DNA of 63,095 bases, counting the filler, from Vannella sp. (taxonomy: Eukaryota), in the NCBI GenBank assembly GCA_023345925.1. It is 8 parts of 8 records of this genome, joined end to end, with 100 filler letters (N's around TTAATTAATTAA, not from the genome) between each part and the next. Parts side by side here need not be neighbours in the genome. Positions count along the whole stretch, not along the records: positions 7,866 to 13,385 come from JAJQQN010001024.1; positions 13,486 to 23,010 come from JAJQQN010000739.1; 6 more parts are not named here. The stretch is one strand, 5' to 3'. Below are positions 10,801-19,184 of this stretch, one piece after another. The notes below the pieces were generated by a model. That model was given only the letters and a program-made list of their open reading frames with translations. It searched no databases and had not been told where the DNA came from. The stretch's first letter is position 1; the number at the start of each line of letters is the position of its first letter. The translations under genes were made by a program, and so were the position numbers.

Positions 10801-11784
10801 TTGGAACTTCCTCAATTCTCGTTTAACTGCGTTTGATAGCCGACTGCGGTGGGTTACCTTGGACCTTTACCAACAGATATGGGGCACTGATATGCCTTCG
10901 TGCCTTCCTCCATTGAAGGAGCCTCCTCCAAAGTTGTCTGTTCCTGCGGCAATTGCTACTCCGCCACCAGCCATGGCTTTGGGGGCTTCTTTTGACGTTG
11001 GAATGTCGCACAGTGACACTTACCTACCCACTCAGCCTCCACCCCTTGAAGAGAGCATCTACAACAGCTCTAATTTACTTCCCAAGAAGAGGAAGGCCAA
11101 GAAGGCATCTTTCCGTGCTTCTTTCGGTCCAAGCAGTGGCATTCTTCACATTGACGTTCTGAATCCTGCTAAGCGTCAGGTAAGGCACTCCAAAGGAGCT
11201 TAACAATCACTGACTTGGCACAGAAATTGCTTTCCTCTGATATGGACACTCTTCTCAACCGGGGAAGGGCTAAGCGAGGGCGAGGACGTGGTGGAAGAGG
11301 GCGTGGTGGGTCTATTAGTGGCAGTAGTGATTATAGCAGCAGTGGTAGTATCGGAAGAGGCAAAGGAATTGCCATTACTCCCTTAAGGGAAGAGGCCATC
11401 GAACCGGTTCGTCCTGCTGTTCGACCTGTCAGCGGTAAAACGTTACCCGCCCACAGGATACCTCCTCCTACTGCTCCTCCTCCACCTTCACCCATCCGCA
11501 CCGAATGGGGACGTCGAGAGAGTGCAATAGCAGCAGAGAAGGCACTGAAAAGAGACCATGGCTTTCACAAGAAGCCTCCAACAGACAGCGAGAAGGACAA
11601 GGACAAGCAGAAAGAGAGGGAGAAGAGTCTTCCCATCAGAGCTGCTCCGCCGGCAGCCCCTCCCGCTATTCCTCTTCGCCCTCTTCCTCACTTTGGACGC
11701 TTTGTCTCACCTCGTTTCTCACAGCCCACTTTAGCGGCAGAAATGGATGTGGAACACTCAATACTTTCCATCCGCCGGATCTAA
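7896..11784 (+). CDS. TAF2: TFIID subunit 2 (M1 aminopeptidase-like fold), 3 exons, with an RG-rich/Pro-rich low-complexity C-terminal extension
   Basis: Motifs ARCWIPCLD, degenerate HExxH region LSVLLAGQWFGNYV, LLWIRVDPKG, QPEYMWIYQLQLDRDPVAQYQA and PNNFED. In-frame introns 8205-8242 (or -8254) and 11180-11223 join ORFs 7896, 8312 and 11215. Confidence 0.9.
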
Positions 11785-11895
11785 TCCTCTTTTTCTTGCG
11801 CGCTTCACTCCCACTCTTCAGTACATCCTTCTATAAAGGTTCTCCTTTGCCCAACGCCCCATCTGCACAGTCACGTGATCCGTTTAGGTGCGTTT

Positions 11896-13224
11896 TCAAA
11901 AGAAACCGGGCTCTTCTTCTTCTTCGTCCTCTTCTTCCTCTTCCCCAGGGGCAAGAGCCTCTGCTTCATCCGATAAATCGTCAAAATCGTCGTCAAACCC
12001 TCCAAATCCACTTGCTGTGGCATCCAGCATGGCTTCCAAGGCATCTTCCATGTAGTCATCGTCGCTCTCCTCTCGTGGGCGCTTGCTCAGGTTACCCGTA
12101 GCAAGGGTATCTGGCGTATTGAACTGCCCAGCAGCAGCGGCTGTGACAGCTTCACAGTCCTTAATGGATTGGACGAACTCAAACTGGACTTTCTGTGCGT
12201 AGCTGGGATGGAAGTGCTCGCTCTGGCTCTTGTAGATCTTGTAGAATAGAGCTAACTGGCGCGGTGTGAAGGAGAAGCGCTCGTGGTAGACAAGCATTTG
12301 AGCCGCTGCGAGAGCCAGGCGCAAGGAAAGAGGGGGGAATGGAAGGTGTTCCCTTGCAAAGTAAGCTGGTTCGAAGCTATCGTCTGCTCCTGCAAAGGAG
12401 CAAGCAATCCGGGGTGTGTGGTAGCTCGCACGTCCCGCAGAACCCCAGTGAATGAGGCGGTGAGTGAACATGACTGCTGATCCTGCTGCTAGAGGGAGGG
12501 CGCGGATGTTCTGGAAGGACTCTTTGGTAGGTAGGGCGACTTGGAGTGGGTCTGCATCGTCTGCATCTCCAGCCATGTAGCCAGGATCAGCCCAGGCAGG
12601 AATCACGTACAAGCACGAGTTATCGGGACAGGCATCAGTGAAGGGCACCCAGCAGGTGGAGTACAGAGGGGTACCATCCTTACGGAAGGTAGTCTGAGGT
12701 TCTACAGGCTGCCGATCTCTGTGGGGGGAGAAACCAGCCTGGCGCTGGCGGGGGTCGATGTACCACACCAAAAGGTCCATGTTCAGGCGGTTCCCACACG
12801 CAGCCGCCATACGAGCGTCCATCTGATGGATGAGAGACCACAGCTCATCAAAGATCATCAGGAAAGAGGGCGGCCAGCCGTATTGCATGAGCAAGGCAGC
12901 ATGGCGGGCGAGCAGGCTCGTTCGCTCGTTCATGAACGGCTCCTCTTCAGGTAGTAGAGGACACTCAACGTATCCTTCATACTTGATCTGCGCGGACTGC
13001 TCCGCAGAGGTCACTGGAGAGGGAACAGGAGAGCGCGCGAGTTCGGATTCCTGAAAGGAGGGATCCTCCAGGTGCAGAAGGGGGCACAACTGGTGCCAAT
13101 ACTCGGCATCAAAGGCCTTCTTCAGAACCTCTTCCATTCCCAGCTCCTCCACCTGCCGCAGACACAGTTCCGGATGCTCAGGAGCTGCGGTGACGTCTGG
13201 CAGCTCACAGCGGCGGGGGAACAT
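11896..13224 (-). CDS. Phytanoyl-CoA dioxygenase (PhyH)-like 2OG-Fe(II) oxygenase with an acidic C-terminal tail
   Basis: HxD motif FSPHRD, STCWVPFTDACPDNSCLYVIP strand pair and distal His in HRLIHWGS. Confidence 0.8.
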   Translation of the reverse strand: MFPRRCELPDVTAAPEHPELCLRQVEELGMEEVLKKAFDAEYWHQLCPLLHLEDPSFQESELARSPVPSPVTSAEQSAQIKYEGYVECPLLPEEEPFMNERTSLLARHAALLMQYGWPPSFLMIFDELWSLIHQMDARMAAACGNRLNMDLLVWYIDPRQRQAGFSPHRDRQPVEPQTTFRKDGTPLYSTCWVPFTDACPDNSCLYVIPAWADPGYMAGDADDADPLQVALPTKESFQNIRALPLAAGSAVMFTHRLIHWGSAGRASYHTPRIACSFAGADDSFEPAYFAREHLPFPPLSLRLALAAAQMLVYHERFSFTPRQLALFYKIYKSQSEHFHPSYAQKVQFEFVQSIKDCEAVTAAAAGQFNTPDTLATGNLSKRPREESDDDYMEDALEAMLDATASGFGGFDDDFDDLSDEAEALAPGEEEEEDEEEEEPGFF

Positions 13225-13339
13225 GAAAAGAGACCTTTTGATCACTGCACAACGCTCTGAAGCACCCGTTCGGACTCTATTCGAGAGGTTATGGCGAAGC
13301 TTTGCACTCCCAGAGAGACCAGGGAGCAGTTTGGTGCGA

Positions 13340-13385
13340 ATGACCTGTCTGTGGCTCTTCCTGGGTCTCTGGATGGCGGTTTTAG
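13340..13385 (+). CDS. Possible signal-peptide N-terminus of a gene truncated by the contig end
   Basis: MTCLWLFLGLWMAVL is hydrophobic and divergent from the PhyH gene; only 15 codons are visible. Confidence 0.3.
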
Positions 13386-13485
13386 NNNNNNNNNNNNNNN
13401 NNNNNNNNNNNNNNNNNNNNNNNNNNNNNTTAATTAATTAANNNNNNNNNNNNNNNNNNNNNNNNNNNNNNNNNNNNNNNNNNNN
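13386..13485. other. Artificial contig spacer
   Basis: N44-TTAATTAATTAA-N44. Confidence 0.99.
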
Positions 13486-13633
13486 TTAAAACCCGTTTTT
13501 CCACAAAAAAAAAAAAAAAAGATTTTGAACGATGGAACTGAAGGCTTCCCTCTACTGGGTCACTTGATGCTCATGAGCGCCACATCGATCTATCAAACCT
13601 TTGGGGAGTTTACCGTAGGATCATAGAAGTCCT

Positions 13634-15794
13634 TTATTGAGCAGGCGTTGCTTCCATCTCCTCTGTTGGTTTCTCACTTTTACTCTTCTTCTTTTGCGCC
13701 CTTTCAGAGTCCCTTATGCTTTTGGATCGGCGAGGACTCTTGGTTTTGGCGTTGGGCTGCTGGAGAGCAGATGAATCAGAGTCTTTCTGCTCGGAGCTCT
13801 TCGCTGGGGAAGGGTCCTCAGGTTGGTTCGGCGTTCCCTCACAGACCTCCTTCTCTACCTCCGACCGAGCTAGGCGTATGGTAGAAGGTGTCTGGGGTGC
13901 TCGTAGGCGTGAGGCACTTGCTACCCAGGCCGAGGTGGCTCGAGGGCGACTGGGAGAACCTGGCGCTACAGGTTGTGCTGGAGTGCTTGATTCTTCTCCA
14001 TCTACCGTTTGGAGGATACCCTGATCCAAGTAGTCTTCAGCTTTGATAGCCATCACTTCACCGCTTCCAACCAGATCCTCAAGGGCAATGAGCACTGGTG
14101 TTGGCACTTCCGCTTTACCCCAACCCTCGGCTCCAACCTGAGAGAGGGCTGTACCTTCCTCCTTCTTAGATTGTCGCCTGCTTCTTGATTTGGGACGTGG
14201 GCCCTGAGAAAAGTCCATTGACTTGCTGATATCAGACTGTTCCACTTGGAGCCTCTGGAACATCTGCCTGCGATTTTTGACTCCAGTATCGTCAGAACTT
14301 TCCGGCGTGTTGCTGTTTCGTCGTTCGAGTGTAACCGGAGAGGATGTTGCACTTGAGGTAGGTTTCTTTGTGCGTCCAAAGAAACCTTTCGGTTGGTTAT
14401 CTGCTGCAGGGAGCCTTTCCTCCGCGCGTAGCTCAGGATCGTACTCGTACCCGTTGTGACCAAAGCAGTCGTCTGCCCTGGGTACTCTATTTAGTTCTAA
14501 ACCAAGACCAAGGCATATGAAAGAGATGAAGCTCACTTCCAGATTTCCTTCCACCAAAGCGGAGGTCCCTCGTCATCGAAGAAGTTATTGCTGATATTCC
14601 TAAAACAAAATGAGGGAGGGAGCTCTTTGGTGGAAGAGCTGGATCACGCACAACTTCATCACTCGGTCCAAGTTAATGAGAGTCTCAGGAAGTCTCCCAG
14701 TGATCTGATTTCTGTTCAAATACCTACAACATAGCAGCCAGGGTAAGGCGGATGCTCGTTCAAGTACGACGCAATGACAGTTACTCACAAATGAACGAGA
14801 TTGACGAGGTTTCCGAAGCTGGCAGGGATTGTTCCAGAAAGATCGTTGTTGTTTAAGTGCCTGATACAAATGAGCGAATCATTCGCTGTAAGAGAGAATG
14901 GACGTACAAATACCCGAGCTTGGTAAACGTCCCCAAAAACTCGGGGATTGGCCCAACGAAAAGGTTTCGACGGAGGCTCCTGTTGGATGTCAGGCCATTG
15001 TTGTGATACGAGACAGCCCAACTTACAGGTATGTAAGGTTCTCTAAGCTACTGAGAGACTCTGGGATGGTTCCAGTGATCTTGTTGTTGGATAGGCTCCT
15101 GGTCTCCACTTATCAGCTGACACAGCGATAGCATTGCCACACTTACAAGTGCCTGAGATTGACGAGAGCACTGATAGATTCAGGAATCACTGTGAGCTCG
15201 TTATCCTCCAATCCACTGCGCTTGGGCGTGAGAACTGTTTCCTAAGGTAGGTCCGCCACTTACAGCTCCACGAGGTTAACCAGGTTGCCTATGGAACTTG
15301 GTATGGGTCCCGTGAGGATGTTGTCGTGCAGGAAACTGGGCGCGTTGAGCTCGAGGGTGAAAGGGAAGGGCGTTTTCTTACAGCTTCATCAAGTTGAGGA
15401 GTTTCCCGATCTCCTCGGGTATTGGACCCCTCAACTTGTTGTTGTACAAGAAGCTGTCGTTTGTACGGTCAGAGGAGGTGCAACGAAGGCATGAGGGTGG
15501 CCTTACAGCTCTTCAAGGTTCTCGAGGTCGCAGATAGTGGGAGGTATTCGGCCCTTCAGTTTGTTGTCATTCAGATAACTACACCAGGTAAGAGCTTACA
15601 ACAAGTTGTACACAAACTCTCGCTTACAGCTTCCGCAAGGCCACCAAAAGGCCAATGTCTGAAGGAATAGGCCCTGCGATCTTCCGCCCCGAAAGGTCTC
15701 TGGCTCTCCAGTCACTCAAACGATCCCCACGATAGCTCTCTCTCTCTTACATCATCTGATTGGTCTGCATACGAGGAGGAAGCCGCACGGCCAT
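13634..15794 (-). CDS. 12-exon leucine-rich repeat protein (9 plant-type LRRs, one per exon) with a long disordered Ser/Pro/Lys/Glu-rich C-terminus
   Basis: Exons 15794-15751, 15699-15628, 15578-15507, 15453-15382, 15335-15264, 15215-15147, 15098-15027, 14979-14908, 14860-14789, 14723-14652, 14599-14537 and 14486-13634. All introns are GT-AG, phase 2. Repeats include LYLNDNKLKGRIPPTICDLENLEE and LFLYNNKLRGPIPEEIGKLLNLMK. Confidence 0.88.
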
Positions 15795-15836
15795 GGCAAC
15801 CGCCGCCCTCAGCGTGAACATCGGAAGAGGAACTGA

Positions 15837-15876
15837 CAACCATCGTCCGGACGAAACGTTCAACCATCGTCCGGAC
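15837..15876. repeat. Perfect 16-bp direct repeat CAACCATCGTCCGGAC x2, containing the palindrome GTCCGGAC, just upstream of the LRR gene
   Basis: Copies at 15837-15852 and 15861-15876. Confidence 0.85.
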
Positions 15877-16428
15877 AATTCCACCATGAAGTCTTGCTAA
15901 TTCAATCTCTCTCCAAAATCATATTGATAGAAATGCTTGTTTGATGTTGCCCAGGGCAAATATCATTTTCCACTCCAAGAATAATAATGAACCAATTATG
16001 ATGGGGCTGAAGTATCTCGAGATATCGGGTGGAGCCATTTCTGCGGATCAGTTTTGTTGACCGTGTTCCATGCAGCCCACCGGAACACATCGTATGGTTG
16101 GGCGAATCCCCTTCCAGATGCGTTGGTTCCGCCCTATGCCCAAGTGAATCCTTCTGTAGCTCCGTACCTCGCACAGCCCACTACTTATCCCCAACAAGGC
16201 CTTCCAGCTTATCTTCCAGCCTATGCCCAAGTGAATCCCCTCGTAGTTCCGGCTGCTCCATACAACGGGCAACCCCACTCCTCTTGGAAGCGAATTAGCT
16301 TTACTTGACGCTCAACTGGAATGTTCAAGTGACATTCATTGAATCTCTTTCACCTGATCAGACTGTCTATGCTCCCAGCCTCCCTCCTTGGTTGGTTGGT
16401 CATTCGTGGGTCCTTCTTCAGCTTGGTG

Positions 16429-17478
16429 ATGGCTTCTTTGGCAGCCGACAGGGAACTGTTCTCTGTGGGGCAGATGAACATCTTAGCGAGGGAACTCGCA
16501 CTTCCTGAACACTTTCCTCATGCACTGGGGTGCTGTTTGGAATGGGAGACCCGACGAGAGGTTCTGTTGAAGAACATGTACGATCTTCGGGACTCCAGCG
16601 GCAACCACGTCGATATCCTCTGCCTCGAAGAGCTCAGTGACTACTGGGAGTTCTTCAAAGATGCACTGGCAGCCTCCCCGCTGAACATGAATAGCGTGTA
16701 CGTGAAACGCCCCTCGATCACCCATACCTCGTGGTCAGGCCTTACGAAAACGGATGGCTGTGGTATCTTCTACTCCAAAGAGAAGTTCCAACTCGTGATG
16801 CAACACAGCGTGAACTTCCTTGATCCCCACGATCGCGTGGGGCTCATCGTCCTCTTACAACGCCTGGTACCTGAAGGAGAGGCGCCAAGGTACCTCCTTG
16901 TTGCTAACACACACCTGTACTGGGACATACGGAAAGAAGAGGTCCAGTTGGCGGAGCTGCAGCACCTCCACACCGAAGTGGAGGCTTTACTGTTGAGGGC
17001 GGAGACGGAACTGGGCACAGAACGAAGTAGCATTCCTGTCATCGTTGCAGGAGACTTCAACAACGTTCCAAACAGCTCTGTGTATCGGTACATGCTTGAG
17101 AGCTTCCTCCCAGATACTCATTCCATGAGATCAGCGTACTCTGATTACCGGCGCCCTCCTGGACAAGTAGACTCCGAGTTGGAAGGCGCTTACGAGCCCC
17201 CCGTTACTTCTGTAACTTACAGAAGGGCGCACACAATCGATTACATCTGGTACTCAGCCGGTCTTCAGACCACCTTTCTCCATCCGCTCCCTTCAGAAGA
17301 GGCTCTCCGCTCAGAAGATGGTCCACCACACTGGAAAGAGAAAGTAGTAGACACTCAAATCCAATGGGAGGACTCCTGCAACTACAACGGCCTGCCCAAC
17401 TCCCAATGGGGGAGTGACCACATCCCCCTCATGGCTTCCTTCACCACCGCACTGGCCTCTCCACGCTCTGTTGAATGA
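16429..17478 (+). CDS. EEP-family phosphoesterase, CCR4/nocturnin/angel-like
   Basis: QMNILA, DILCLEE, DGCGIFY, NTHL, AGDFN, TIDYIWY and GSDH catalytic motifs; first plausible ATG at 16429. Confidence 0.85.
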   Translation: MASLAADRELFSVGQMNILARELALPEHFPHALGCCLEWETRREVLLKNMYDLRDSSGNHVDILCLEELSDYWEFFKDALAASPLNMNSVYVKRPSITHTSWSGLTKTDGCGIFYSKEKFQLVMQHSVNFLDPHDRVGLIVLLQRLVPEGEAPRYLLVANTHLYWDIRKEEVQLAELQHLHTEVEALLLRAETELGTERSSIPVIVAGDFNNVPNSSVYRYMLESFLPDTHSMRSAYSDYRRPPGQVDSELEGAYEPPVTSVTYRRAHTIDYIWYSAGLQTTFLHPLPSEEALRSEDGPPHWKEKVVDTQIQWEDSCNYNGLPNSQWGSDHIPLMASFTTALASPRSVE

Positions 17479-17515
17479 AGAGCAAAGCAAACCTTGCGTG
17501 GCAACTTTGCTTCGC

Positions 17516-17565
17516 GCATTTCCCCATGTTTGGGAGCATTTCCCCATGTTTGGGAGCATTTCCCC
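17516..17565 (+). repeat. 20-bp tandem repeat GCATTTCCCCATGTTTGGGA x2.5 in the spacer before the GST-like gene
   Basis: Units at 17516-17535 and 17536-17555, partial unit at 17556-17565. Confidence 0.9.
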
Positions 17566-17582
17566 GTTGGCTTGTTGGCGTG

Positions 17583-18845
17583 ATGGGACTGCGCTTGTTT
17601 GTTTTCGACATTTCCTTCTTTAGTGGGAAGCTGGAAGCGTACCTGCGTTATCGAGGCATCCCATTTGAGAGAGTGGAGGTCACCTGGTGGCAGTTGGCGT
17701 CTCAGATAGCCCCGAAGACGGGGTTGATGGAAGTACCTGTTCTTCACGACACTACAAACGATGTCTGGCTCAGTGACAGTACCCCAATCATAGAGTATTT
17801 TGAAGGCTTACGTTCTACCCCTAAAGGTGTCCTCCCCATCATCCCAGAGTGCCCCGTCCAACAGTTCTTCTCGTTCCTGATTGGCGACTTTGCTGATGAA
17901 TGGCTTTGGAGACCTGCCATCTACTATCGATGGCACTATGCTCTTGACAGGGACCTCTACAGTCGAAGGTTCGTGAAAGACTTCTTGTTCTTCCCAATCG
18001 TACCGGACTGGATCATTCGTTGGCTCACAGCAAAGAGAATGATTCGGGGCTATCTTCAGAAAGACGGCATTCGGGATAAGGATACTCGCTGTCACACAGA
18101 AAGCATTTACTTGAGAGCCTTGGCTGCTCTTCAAGCTCACTTTGAGGAGTATCCTTTCATGGCGGGGTCACATCCAACTCTTTTGGATTTTTGCCTTTTC
18201 GCTTCCATGTTCCGGCATTTCTCGCTGGACCCTACTCCATCGAGGATAATGAGGGATTCCGCTCCTGCTGTTTATGAATGGGTGGCTCGAATGTGGAATG
18301 CAAGGATGGAAAGATCCATTCTCACTATTCCTTTGTTCGCAGCTCCACCTCTGCAGATTCCAGCGTCGTGGCATCTATTGATGCCACTTGTACGACAATA
18401 TCTGCTCTATTTACAGGCGAACTGCGATGCTCACCGTTTGGGAGAGAAGACATTCAACCTCACTTTGGAGGGCATATCTTACAGAGACATTGAAGTGGTA
18501 CCATATCACACTTGGCGAAGAGAGCGTTTGCAAGAGCGTCTTGCTGACCTCTCCCTTGAAGAGCAGACGAGTGTACGAGCTATTCTATCATGTGAAATTG
18601 GCAAAGGTTGCTGGGAAGCGCTCTTGGAAGCTCCTTGGAAGAGTGAGCGATACAATCACAGAAATTTGCCTCCTTTCACCCGAGGAGACCTTTCCTTCTC
18701 GAGATGGTGGAGGAAAGTAGCCCACTTTATCACTGGAACTCCAAGACACCAGTCAGGGTGGGTCTTTCCATTCATGACCGAGCTGATCCTCTTCTTAGCT
18801 CTCATCAGCATCCCACTTTGGATGATATTCAACTCGTTTTTGTGA
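17583..18845 (+). CDS. Glutathione S-transferase-like protein with a C-terminal membrane anchor; intronless
   Basis: SFFSGKLEAYLRYRGIPF, cis-Pro motif EVPVL, SDSTPII and FMAGSHPTLLDFCLF; hydrophobic tail LILFLALISIPLWMIF. Confidence 0.8.
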   Translation: MGLRLFVFDISFFSGKLEAYLRYRGIPFERVEVTWWQLASQIAPKTGLMEVPVLHDTTNDVWLSDSTPIIEYFEGLRSTPKGVLPIIPECPVQQFFSFLIGDFADEWLWRPAIYYRWHYALDRDLYSRRFVKDFLFFPIVPDWIIRWLTAKRMIRGYLQKDGIRDKDTRCHTESIYLRALAALQAHFEEYPFMAGSHPTLLDFCLFASMFRHFSLDPTPSRIMRDSAPAVYEWVARMWNARMERSILTIPLFAAPPLQIPASWHLLMPLVRQYLLYLQANCDAHRLGEKTFNLTLEGISYRDIEVVPYHTWRRERLQERLADLSLEEQTSVRAILSCEIGKGCWEALLEAPWKSERYNHRNLPPFTRGDLSFSRWWRKVAHFITGTPRHQSGWVFPFMTELILFLALISIPLWMIFNSFL

Positions 18846-19184
18846 GGACATGAAGTGTAAACAAACTTGCTCTAAGAGAGTCTCGCCCCGCTGGAGCCAA
18901 ACACTTAAGTTTAGGTCCTTGCTACAAAAAACGAATGTCCGCTTGCTCTGCTTGAGATGATCATAACAAATCAACAAGCTGACAGAATCTTCCCGATCAA
19001 GGTCCCAAGGAAGGTCTTCCTTCAAAGAAAAATCTTGAAAATCGACCGTTTCCTTCCGGATGGAAAGGGTCATAGTCTGAAAGTGCTTGTGAAAAGGGAT
19101 GGAGAATCTCTTTTGGAGAATCCGGTCGGCCCGACAATTTCGGCCCGAACCGGGCGCAGTTGAACAATTCGGTTCAACTTTTGG

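Noticed and set aside
13506..13520. A15 run as a retroposon polyA tail
   Set aside because: It is next to a contig edge, with no TSD or element body identifiable
17516..17565. CRISPR-like palindromic repeat
   Set aside because: Units are directly adjacent with no spacers, there are only 2.5 copies, no cas genes, and the context is eukaryotic
17475..17582. 4-nt ATGA stop/start overlap between the EEP and GST ORFs, suggesting bacterial-style translational coupling
   Set aside because: The N-terminal extension just translates the tandem repeat; GST homology begins at the ATG at 17583
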